Assembly: GCA_002779045.1 (NCBI GenBank)
Contig: PEXO01000210.1
Coordinates: forward strand, 1-24,367
Origin: Elusimicrobia bacterium CG08_land_8_20_14_0_20_59_10
Lineage (GTDB): Bacteria > Elusimicrobiota > Elusimicrobia > Elusimicrobiales > UBA9959
Reading direction: 5' to 3'
DNA length: 24,367 nt
Below, one piece after another: positions 8,301-15,242 of this stretch. The notes under the pieces are model-generated. The model did no database searches. It was not told the DNA's origin and worked only from the letters and a program-made list of their open reading frames with translations. The position numbers and the translations under genes are program-made. Each line of letters opens with the position of its first letter. The stretch's first letter is position 1.

Positions 8301-8399
8301 GCCGTCCGCTACGAGCTGGAATTCAAGCGCGGCAAGCCGGTGCACCGCAAGGAAGTGGAGTATTTCAAGATGGTGGAGGGCGCCTACGCGGTGAAGTAG
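5379..8399 (+). CDS. nrdD: Class III (anaerobic) ribonucleoside-triphosphate reductase with N-terminal ATP-cone(s) and a C-terminal fused CxxC redoxin-like domain
   Basis: VIKKRDGKVAQFD ATP-cone; HIHDLG; QCCRL finger loop (7092-7106); ESPAESA; YYTNS; CNNC...CGKC zinc site; KIVGYF glycyl-radical motif (Gly 7968-7970); then KKVLVFGKPGCGMC...DPIPT. 1006 aa. Confidence 0.95.
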   Translation: MNEFFPKVIKKRDGKVAQFDLERTKAAIFKAAYTLGGRDEEKAVEVANEVARRLNNEFTLRNRIPNVDDSNTMCVTVLRERGFDRTADKFESYSLDRSRVRRSGLTVKKKKGKTDITDQMLLVQSVTNETIEPFDRAKLAQALEREYQLAHDLAAMIAKETENNAYELSEKYGTKSFDTQFLRRIAESHLSMMGIPLKNSALVMPISTVESLVIGNSKENSNITSNNPEAVNLGIAEYVLKQYNLRKVFSDDVSEAHNNGTVHIHDLGYPQRVYCSSHSVEYIKKYGLDKIVSNLQNKSRPAKSAMVLNGHIQTFLASMQSRYAGALGFGFLNILYAPMLNCPEVMIEGELEGKPVRLKSDTLEAMLEAGTVSCADGTPVPYFRKTGEVRVLSRLPRAVVRQIAQNLIFSASQNAFSRGGQTLFIDFNIHTGVPQYMHNVPAMGPGGKYMLEDAGGNIELVDEAPRFKGVEGDSRNGDVVHPADGRKFITYGDPRMVKTTQEFAIELMKVWEDGDKYGVQFAFPKCDLHVSREALENPGEREVYNYGCRLAAKNGSTYFMFDRDGAGATLAQCCRLKEKVTDPFLLKHPERIRFTGFQNVTINLPQAAFKGKTLQGTLKQISRAMDVAMKAHLQKKDYIRMLLDTDGSPLRSLGIPSDDGTPYVDLDKATYIIGLIGLNEVVQYLTGKELHDGKDAYETGIQIIDHMYQKVASLKAQHGLKITLEESPAESATQKLAKGDMFRYPEAKKVIKGDLNKAPYYTNSVHLNPGADVSILDRIELQSRFHEMIESGAIIHVYCGESQIPPESIAALVEKTYLNTRTAQLTVSPEFTHCNNCHSNYFGFKKICGKCGSGDVTLRTKIVGYFSNLSGWNDSQLEISRAREASARNYANFTPGVNWLHEPDPSKKVLVFGKPGCGMCEEAKLSLTKALKEKGIEIPVEFHDLGTPEGRLEAARWNVPLDPIPTVLVKNNGGAVRYELEFKRGKPVHRKEVEYFKMVEGAYAVK

Positions 8400-8405
8400 G
8401 GGTTC

Positions 8406-8538
8406 GGCGGGCGACGCGGGGATCGGGTTACCAAAACGCGCTCGGCCACACCGTGGCCTCGCGCTGCCTCACTCCCCGGCGCTACGCAAGCCTCGTCCTT
8501 CGGAAGGTTTTGTTAACCCGATCCCCGCGTAGTCCGCC
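8406..8538. repeat. 133-nt palindromic (REP/MITE-like) element between nrdD and nrdG
   Basis: 32-nt inverted arms 8406-8437 and 8507-8538 with 3 mismatches (17-nt perfect core ACGCGGGGATCGGGTTA); internal hairpin GGCCAC-ACC-GTGGCC. Confidence 0.75.
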
Positions 8539-8614
8539 TCCGTGGGTGGGCAATAAAGAAATAATGGAGGGGGCGGCCCGGCCCCGACTGAGCATCTCAC
8601 ACTTTAGAAATATA

Positions 8615-9340
8615 ATGAAAATAAGCGCGGCACTCGGATTTAATTTAATTGATTATCCCGGCAAGATAGCGGCCGTGGCTTTTACTCCCGGCTGCAATTA
8701 CCGCTGCCCGCATTGCCACGCCGCGCCGCTGCTGGGTGAAACAAAGGACCTGGGCGACCAGGGGTTCCTTGATTATCTCGATACCGTAAAAGACTGGGTG
8801 AACGGCGTTGCAATCTGCGGAGGCGAGCCCACCCTCCAGCCCGGCCTGGTCACGTTCATAGAAAAGCTGCGCGAACGCGGCCTGACCGTGAAACTGGATA
8901 CCAATGGCAGCAATCCGGGGGTGCTTTCGCGCCTGCTTGACGCCGGGCTGGTTGATTATGTGGCCATGGACGTAAAAGGGCCGCGTTTCCTGTGGCATAC
9001 CACCGCCGGCGTGGAAGGCTATGCGGACCTGATGGCCGAAAGCATGCGGCTTGTCGCCCGTTTCCCGCAATACGAGTTCCGCACCACCATCGCCCCGGTA
9101 GTGCGCGGTGACGGTGATATCACCTTCTTTACCGTACAGGAAATGGCCGCCGCGGCCCGCCTGATAACCCAGACCACCGGCGGCGACACCCATAAATACT
9201 ATGTACAGAAATTTGTTCCGCGCAAGGACGGCCTGCTGGATAAGCGCCTTGAGGCTTTTCCCGAAACCCCGGTGCAGCTTTTGCAGGACATACATAAGGA
9301 AGTAATGAAATATCTGCCTAATACACAGTTAAGAGGATAA
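8615..9340 (+). CDS. nrdG: Anaerobic RNR activating enzyme (radical SAM, NrdG2-type)
   Basis: LIDYPGKIAAVAFTPGCNYRCPHCH (CxxxCxxC), CGGEPTLQ, VKLDTNGS, YVAMDVKGP, YEFRTT. Start moved to ATG 8615 because the longer 8453 ORF runs through the palindrome; 241 aa. Confidence 0.92.
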   Translation: MKISAALGFNLIDYPGKIAAVAFTPGCNYRCPHCHAAPLLGETKDLGDQGFLDYLDTVKDWVNGVAICGGEPTLQPGLVTFIEKLRERGLTVKLDTNGSNPGVLSRLLDAGLVDYVAMDVKGPRFLWHTTAGVEGYADLMAESMRLVARFPQYEFRTTIAPVVRGDGDITFFTVQEMAAAARLITQTTGGDTHKYYVQKFVPRKDGLLDKRLEAFPETPVQLLQDIHKEVMKYLPNTQLRG

Positions 9341-9343
9341 AAA

Positions 9344-9787
9344 ATGAACAAGCTCGAGATCACCGTGCATAAATTGCAGCCCGACGTGAAGACACCCGCC
9401 TATGCGCATGAAGGCGATGCCGGGGTGGACCTTTATTCCGCCATTGACCATACGCTTGCGCCCGGCGAGCGCGTGCTGGTGCCCACCGGCCTGAAGCTGG
9501 CCATCCCGCACGGCTATGAAGGCCAGGTGCGCCCCAAGTCCGGCCTGGCGCTGAAGCACGGCATCACCGTCCTTAACACCCCGGGTACCGTGGACGCTCC
9601 CTACCGCGGCGAAGTCGGCGTGATACTCATTAACCTGGACACCAGCACTCCCTACGAAATAAAGAAGGGGGAAAAAGTGGCGCAGATGGTCTTCAATAAA
9701 GTGGAATACGCCGCCTTCACCGACGCCCCTGAACTTGCCGCTACCACCCGCGGCGCCGGTGGTTTCGGCAGCACCGGCAAGCATTGA
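9344..9787 (+). CDS. dut: dUTP diphosphatase
   Basis: Trimeric dUTPase motifs [48 protein letters not shown]. Confidence 0.98.
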   Translation: MNKLEITVHKLQPDVKTPAYAHEGDAGVDLYSAIDHTLAPGERVLVPTGLKLAIPHGYEGQVRPKSGLALKHGITVLNTPGTVDAPYRGEVGVILINLDTSTPYEIKKGEKVAQMVFNKVEYAAFTDAPELAATTRGAGGFGSTGKH

Positions 9788-9805
9788 GGAATACCGTTCC
9801 CTCGG

Positions 9806-9833
9806 GAAAACCCGGCCTCCGCGCCGGGTTTTC
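9806..9833 (+). terminator. Intrinsic terminator closing the nrd-dut operon
   Basis: GAAAACCCGGC-ctccgc-GCCGGGTTTTC, perfect 11-bp stem 18 nt after the dut stop. Confidence 0.75.
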
Positions 9834-9936
9834 TCATTACCCGAGAGGTCATTCCCGTCGCTGCGGTTGTGCCGTATCCCCCGCATTGCATAAAATATCT
9901 ATGCGCCCTGGCCGGGCGCGTTTTTTGGAGTATTAA

Positions 9937-11490
9937 ATGAAAAAACTTTTTTCTCTGCCGCTATTGATATTCTTTTTCACCGGGCTTCAGGCCGCGGCGA
10001 CAACCATAGTCGTTTACCACACCTCCGATATCCACGGCTGGTACTCCGCGCGCCCGGCCCTCTGGGATAACCGGCACCCCGACCGCCTCATGGGCGGTTT
10101 TGCGGCGCTCTCCGCCCTGCTCAGAAAAGAGACCACGCCCTACCTGCTGCTGGATTCCGGCGACATGTTCCAGGGGACGCCCGAAGGCATCCTCACCAAA
10201 GGCCTGGCCAGCATAGCCCTGATGAACCAGCTCGGGTATTCCGCCGCGGTGCCGGGCAACCATGACTACGACTACGGCGAACCCAATCTAAAAGTGCTCA
10301 TTTCCAGCGCCGCCTTTCCTTTTCTCGGCGCTAATGTCTACTACAAAGCCGGAGGCGCGCACGCGGATTACCTTAAACCGTACGTCATAGTGGAAAAAGC
10401 CGGCAAGCGTATCGCCCTGCTGGGCCTGGCCGGCAGGCATACCGCCACTTCCACCCTGCCCATTAACGTGAACCACCTGGACTTCCGCGACGAAGCCGCC
10501 GAGGCGGCCCGGTGGACGGCCGGGATAAAAAAGCGGGCCCCCGACGCTATTATCGCGCTGGCCCATCTTGGTCTCAGCGAAGATCTCAGCCTTAAATACG
10601 TTGACATCTCCACCTGGACCTTCGAGCCGGCGCCTCCCGGCACCCTGCGGCTGGCCCGTGCTGCGAAGGACATTGACCTTGTGCTGGGCGGCCATCAGCA
10701 CTTCGGCCTTACCAGGGGCTACCATGACCCCGTTTCCGGGACCTGGCTGGGAGAAAGCTATTACGGGCTCTCCTATGTTACCCGCGCCGAGCTTAACTTT
10801 GACGATGGCACAGGGGCGCTTTCCGGTATAAATGTTTCGCTTGTCCCTCTGTGGCCTGATGAAACCGGCCTGGACCTGCTGGTCCAAAGGACCATCTCCG
10901 GCTTCAGCGCTGCCGTGGAGCGTGAAATGGGAACGCTGGCGGGCAGCGCCGCCGAGGACCTGCTCTTCAGCCGTGAAGGGCTGGACTCCGCCATAGGCAA
11001 TTGGCTGGCCGACGCGGTCCGTAAAGCCGCCGGCACGGACGTGGCTTTTCAGAATACCGCCGGCATAAGGGCCGGGTTGCGCAAAGGCGAAATACGGCTG
11101 CGCGACGTTTACCAGGCAATGCCGTTCGAGAATACCATAGTGACCATGCGCCTTAACGGCGCCCGGCTTAAACAGCTTATGGCCGGCAATATCCGCGGCG
11201 GAGAAACAGCCATGCAGATATCCGGCCTGGAAGTGGAGTTCAGGCCGGTCGCCGGCGCGGCTCCGGCCGAAATATGCCTGAAGCGCGGCGGCCGGGAAAT
11301 AAAGGCGGAGGACGAATTTACCGTGGCCACCAATAATTACCTGGCCTTCGGCGGCGATGGCGGCGCTGTCTTCTCCGGCGGCAAGGATATAAAAGACACC
11401 ATGGTCTCGCTGCGCGACGTTATGCTTAAGTGCCTGGCCGCCGGGCCCGTAAAAAACCCGGGAACGGGAAGGATAAAACTCCTGAAGTGA
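9937..11490 (+). CDS. Secreted bifunctional metallophosphatase/5'-nucleotidase (UshA/CpdB-like)
   Basis: Signal peptide MKKLFSLPLLIFFFTGLQA; HTSDIHG, DSGDMFQG, GNHDYDYG, GGHQH; C-terminal 5'-nucleotidase domain (NTAGIR, MPFENT, VATNNYLAFGGDG). Confidence 0.92.
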   Translation: MKKLFSLPLLIFFFTGLQAAATTIVVYHTSDIHGWYSARPALWDNRHPDRLMGGFAALSALLRKETTPYLLLDSGDMFQGTPEGILTKGLASIALMNQLGYSAAVPGNHDYDYGEPNLKVLISSAAFPFLGANVYYKAGGAHADYLKPYVIVEKAGKRIALLGLAGRHTATSTLPINVNHLDFRDEAAEAARWTAGIKKRAPDAIIALAHLGLSEDLSLKYVDISTWTFEPAPPGTLRLARAAKDIDLVLGGHQHFGLTRGYHDPVSGTWLGESYYGLSYVTRAELNFDDGTGALSGINVSLVPLWPDETGLDLLVQRTISGFSAAVEREMGTLAGSAAEDLLFSREGLDSAIGNWLADAVRKAAGTDVAFQNTAGIRAGLRKGEIRLRDVYQAMPFENTIVTMRLNGARLKQLMAGNIRGGETAMQISGLEVEFRPVAGAAPAEICLKRGGREIKAEDEFTVATNNYLAFGGDGGAVFSGGKDIKDTMVSLRDVMLKCLAAGPVKNPGTGRIKLLK

Positions 11491-11631
11491 ACCACCGCTT
11501 TATGGTGAACGGGGTAAGTGTAGTGCACAGAACACAGGCCGTTAACGGACCCGGAAGCCTCCTGAAGCCCCTCAAAGAAAGCTTCTGGACCGGCATCACC
11601 GTTGTTTCCCTGACGGTTCTACCGTAACATT

Positions 11632-12033
11632 ATGGATAAAAAAGCGGATTCGGCGCTCAATTCGTTCTATTACCTGTCGCCGCTCTGGTGCGTGCTGGAA
11701 CTCTTTTTCTGGCCCGGCTTCAGGGCGGGGGTGGTAACCGGGTCCGGCGCGGCCGGAACCGCCGCTTTTTACGCCGTCGAGGCCGGACTAGGCGCGGCGC
11801 TGTGGTTCAGGCTGCCGTATGCCAATGCGGGGGCGTTGGTCGAAAATATAGTCTACCTGGTCTTCGTTCTGAAATTCCTCATGCTCACGCCGCTGGATAT
11901 AGCTATTGGCCTGGGTGACGGGGCGCCCGGAGCCGAGGCCCTGGCCCGCAACTATTCCGCCGCCGTGCCGGGCATCATCTATTCTTCTTTTCACGTGGTC
12001 TACAGAATAAAGAAAGCCCTGCGCCGGGATTGA
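11632..12033 (+). CDS. Hypothetical integral membrane protein (about 4 hydrophobic segments)
   Basis: 133 aa ORF with several hydrophobic stretches and codon style like neighbouring genes; no motif recognised. Confidence 0.65.
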   Translation: MDKKADSALNSFYYLSPLWCVLELFFWPGFRAGVVTGSGAAGTAAFYAVEAGLGAALWFRLPYANAGALVENIVYLVFVLKFLMLTPLDIAIGLGDGAPGAEALARNYSAAVPGIIYSSFHVVYRIKKALRRD

Positions 12034-12226
12034 CCGTGCGGCCCGGGCGTGTTATCGTGCCGAAAATATTTATTTTACAATCGCGCGATTAGTATAATAT
12101 ACACGACAGGCGGCGCCTTGGTTTCGGCGTAAATTTGCCACCCGGCGCTTATTGTCGCATAATATACCAGCAGACCAGCCGGCGGAGTTCTTTTAACGCT
12201 TTCGGGCTGATGAACAGGAGAGTATC

Positions 12227-12541
12227 ATGAAAAAGACCGGAAAGATAATCGGGGCGGGTATCGGGCTGGCGGCGATGACCGCCGCGGGCGCCTATTTCCT
12301 CTACGGGGAAAAGAACGCCAGAAATCGCGACAGGGTTTTTAGCTGGGCGCTTAAGATGAAAGGCGATGTTCTGGAGAAGATGGAGTCTATGAAGACCATA
12401 GACAGGGATACCTACCTGAGAATGGTGGACAAGATAGCGGAGCGCTATTCCAAACAGGATACGATCGACGCTTCAGAACTGCGGCATTTGACGGTGGAGC
12501 TTAAGAACGCCTGGGCGCATATAGACAAGAAGCTGAAATAA
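12227..12541 (+). CDS. Small hypothetical protein with an N-terminal Gly/Ala-rich membrane anchor and helical charged tail (YtxH-like layout)
   Basis: RBS AGGAGA; MKKTGKIIGAGIGLAAMTAAGAYFLYG followed by a Lys/Glu-rich helical region; 104 aa. Confidence 0.8.
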   Translation: MKKTGKIIGAGIGLAAMTAAGAYFLYGEKNARNRDRVFSWALKMKGDVLEKMESMKTIDRDTYLRMVDKIAERYSKQDTIDASELRHLTVELKNAWAHIDKKLK

Positions 12542-12596
12542 TCAGTGCGCGCAACTCCCGTAAAAGAGAACAGAGAGAAGGGGCTAAGTTTCAACC

Positions 12597-13004
12597 TTAC
12601 CGATTACCAGGGGGCGGCGGCGGAGGGGGAGGGTTCATCTGGCCTTCCCCGGATTTTGTCATGTGTTTCCTGACTTCGGACATCAGCACGTCCGGGTCCG
12701 TGGGTTTTTTCAGCACGGACACATTGGTCATACCGGCGAGGTTGCCGATGGCCTCCGGCTTGCCGGTGGAAAATATCATCGGCACCATGTCCTGCCCGGC
12801 GCGCAAGGTCTCGTAAACGAAGATGCCGCCGCCCTCCGGGATGTTCAGGTCCTGCAGGATCAGGTCGGCCTTGAATTCCCGCTGGGCCGCTATCGCGGCG
12901 GTGGCGGTTTCGGCCGTCCTTACATCGAAGCCCGCATCCTCGAAGAATTCCCTGGAAAAATCCAGTATCGCGGGAATGTCGTCCACCACCAGTATTTTAG
13001 GCAT
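12597..13004 (-). CDS. Single-domain response regulator (receiver) with a C-terminal poly-proline tail
   Basis: KILVVDD, LILQDLNIPEGGG (phospho-Asp), IFSTG, LKKP; ends MNPPPPPPPPGNR. Confidence 0.9.
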   Translation of the reverse strand: MPKILVVDDIPAILDFSREFFEDAGFDVRTAETATAAIAAQREFKADLILQDLNIPEGGGIFVYETLRAGQDMVPMIFSTGKPEAIGNLAGMTNVSVLKKPTDPDVLMSEVRKHMTKSGEGQMNPPPPPPPPGNR

Positions 13005-13084
13005 AGCTTTCCCTCCGGATGCTTTGCGGCCGTAAAAACGCTGAACTCCCGACCTCGTTAAATATTACAAAACAAAAAGGCCTC

Positions 13085-13127
13085 AATAAAAACAAAGACG
13101 GCGCCCGCCTCAGGCGGACGCCGTCTT
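13085..13127 (-). terminator. Intrinsic terminator of gdhA
   Basis: AAGACGGCG-c-CCGCC-tca-GGCGG-a-CGCCGTCTT hairpin (13095-13127) followed on the minus strand by TGTTTTTATT. Confidence 0.75.
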
Positions 13128-13151
13128 ATCCGGTTCTGTGTCCCTTACGGT

Positions 13152-14534
13152 TTACACGAGGCCCTGGGCCATCATGGCGTCGGCCACTTTCTTGAAGCTG
13201 GCTATGTTGGCGCCGGCTACGTAGTTGCCGGGCATATCCGATTCGTTGGCGGCCGCCACGCAGGCATTATGGATGTTCACCATAATGCCGTGCAACTGCT
13301 TGTCCACTTCCTCGCGGCTCCAGCTCATGCGCATGCTGTTCTGGCTCATCTCCAGACCCGAGGTCGCCACGCCGCCGGCATTGGAGGCCTTGCCGGGTGA
13401 GAACAGGACCTTCGCTTCCTGGAACGCGGCAACGGCTTCGGGCGTGCAGGGCATGTTGGCGCCCTCGGTAACGCAGATAACGCCGTTGCCGATCAGGTTC
13501 TTCGCGTCGGTTTCATTAAGCTCGTTCTGGGTGGCGCAGGGCAGTGCCACGTCAACCTTCACTTCCCACGGCCGCTTGCCGGCGTGGAACGAGGCGCTCT
13601 TGAACTTTTCCGCGTACGGGGCCACGATATCCCGGCCGGAGGCGCGCAGGGAGAGCATATATTCCCATTTCCCGCCCGTTATGCCCTCGGGGTCATGAAT
13701 GTAGCCGTCGGGTCCGGAGATGGTGACGACTTTGCCGCCCAGATCCCCCACCTTCTTCACCGCGCCCCAGGCCACGTTGCCGAAGCCGGAGACGGCCACG
13801 GTCTTTCCTTTGAAACTGGTGCCCTTGGTCTTAAGCTGCTCTTCGGAGAAATACACCACGCCGAAGCCGGTGGCTTCGGGGCGTACAAGCGAGCCGCCCC
13901 AGGTTATACCCTTGCCGGTCAGCACGCCCGTGAACTCGTTCTTAAGGCGCTTGTACTGGCCGAACAGGAAGCCTATCTCGCGGCCGCCCACGCCGATATC
14001 TCCCGCCGGCACGTCCGTGTCGGGACCGATATGGCGGAACAGTTCCGTCATGAAGCTCTGGCAGAAGCGCATCACTTCGGCGTCGCTCTTGCCCTTGGGG
14101 TCGAAGTCGGACCCGCCTTTGCCGCCGCCCATGGGCAGCGTGGTCAGGGCGTTCTTGAAGATCTGCTCGAAGCCGAGGAACTTCAGGATGCTCAGGTTCA
14201 CCGAGGGGTGGAAGCGCAGGCCGCCTTTGTACGGGCCTATGGCGCTGTTGAACTCGATGCGGAAACCGCGGTTTATCTGCACCTCGCCTTTGTCGTCGGT
14301 CCACGGCACGCGGAAAGTTATCGCGCGCTCCGGCTCCACTATCCGGTCCAGTATCTTCGCCTTCACGTACTCGGGGTGTTTTTCCAGCACCGGGGTGAGG
14401 GTCTCCAGCACTTCTTTGACCGCCTGGTGGAATTCCTTCTCGCCGGGGTTCTTGGCGATAACGTTCGCCAGCACGCCGTTTACGTAGTCATGAACGGACT
14501 TTTTGCCTTTTTCCGCTACAGCTGTTTTAGACAT
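13152..14534 (-). CDS. gdhA: NADP-specific glutamate dehydrogenase
   Basis: SAIGPYKGGLRFHPSVN, GGGKGGSDFDPKG, DVPAGDIGVGGREIG, RPEATGFG, GFGNVAW, EGANMP. Start set at ATG 14534 behind RBS AAGGAAGG; 460 aa. Confidence 0.97.
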   Translation of the reverse strand: MSKTAVAEKGKKSVHDYVNGVLANVIAKNPGEKEFHQAVKEVLETLTPVLEKHPEYVKAKILDRIVEPERAITFRVPWTDDKGEVQINRGFRIEFNSAIGPYKGGLRFHPSVNLSILKFLGFEQIFKNALTTLPMGGGKGGSDFDPKGKSDAEVMRFCQSFMTELFRHIGPDTDVPAGDIGVGGREIGFLFGQYKRLKNEFTGVLTGKGITWGGSLVRPEATGFGVVYFSEEQLKTKGTSFKGKTVAVSGFGNVAWGAVKKVGDLGGKVVTISGPDGYIHDPEGITGGKWEYMLSLRASGRDIVAPYAEKFKSASFHAGKRPWEVKVDVALPCATQNELNETDAKNLIGNGVICVTEGANMPCTPEAVAAFQEAKVLFSPGKASNAGGVATSGLEMSQNSMRMSWSREEVDKQLHGIMVNIHNACVAAANESDMPGNYVAGANIASFKKVADAMMAQGLV

Positions 14535-14605
14535 AAGTTCCTTCCTTAGTGTTGTATTTTTCGGTTTAGCGTTCGGAACGCAGAACAAACTGAAAGCTAT
14601 AAATT

Positions 14606-14635
14606 ATATTACAAACCTACAATCCGCATTGTCAA
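14606..14635 (-). promoter_or_regulatory. Possible sigma70 promoter of gdhA
   Basis: Minus strand TTGACA (14635-14630), 18 nt, TAATAT (14611-14606). Confidence 0.4.
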
Positions 14636-14755
14636 CATGCCCGAACCCACATGCCAAAACCCGCCGCTTCGGACAGTTGGTATGGTCGGTTGCGCCGCCG
14701 GATTTTAAGTATTATAATTTGAAAACGGGAGTTGTGCCGGGAGACGCGGTACATA

Positions 14756-15241
14756 ATGAAAATAAACCTTGCCGCCGCGAAAAAGCTGGTCGGAAAATAC
14801 CGCGATAAAAAAGGCGCGCTGATACCGTTATTACAGGAAGTGCAGGCTTCTTACGGGTATGTCCCCGGGGAAGCGGTAAGCCTTATCGCCGGAGAATTCG
14901 GCATTTATCCCGTGGACATTTACGGGATACTCACCTTTTACGCGCAGTTCTACCTCACCCCGCAGGGTAAACATATAGTCAAGGTCTGCCAGGGGACCGC
15001 CTGCCACGTCATGGGCGGCAAAGAACTGCTGGACTACATGGCCGACAGCCTGGGCGCGGCGGAAGGCAAACCCACCAGGGACGGGCAGTTTTCCCTGGAG
15101 CGGGTAGCCTGTCTGGGCTGCTGCGGCATGGCGCCGGCAATAGTGGTGGACCATGATTTTTACGGGCGCTGCACCATCCAGAAGGTAGAGGGCATCCTGG
15201 GCAAGTACCGGCCTTCAAAAAAAGCGAAGCCGGGCCTGTAA
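14756..15241 (+). CDS. NuoE/HydC-like [2Fe-2S] subunit
   Basis: LIPLLQEVQ, TFYAQF, VCQGTACHVMG, ACLGCCGMAP; start at ATG 14756; 161 aa. Confidence 0.93.
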   Translation: MKINLAAAKKLVGKYRDKKGALIPLLQEVQASYGYVPGEAVSLIAGEFGIYPVDIYGILTFYAQFYLTPQGKHIVKVCQGTACHVMGGKELLDYMADSLGAAEGKPTRDGQFSLERVACLGCCGMAPAIVVDHDFYGRCTIQKVEGILGKYRPSKKAKPGL

Positions 15242-15242
15242 A

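Noticed and set aside
8453-8614. N-terminal extension of NrdG given in the ORF track
   Set aside because: It translates the palindromic repeat; family similarity starts only at ATG 8615.
11502-11627. Possible 41-aa small ORF between the nucleotidase and the membrane protein
   Set aside because: No convincing RBS, motif or hydrophobic pattern.
12100-12175. GTTTC...CGTAAA..TTGCC resemblance to a purine riboswitch
   Set aside because: P2/P3 stems and spacing do not fit; the downstream gene is unrelated to purines.
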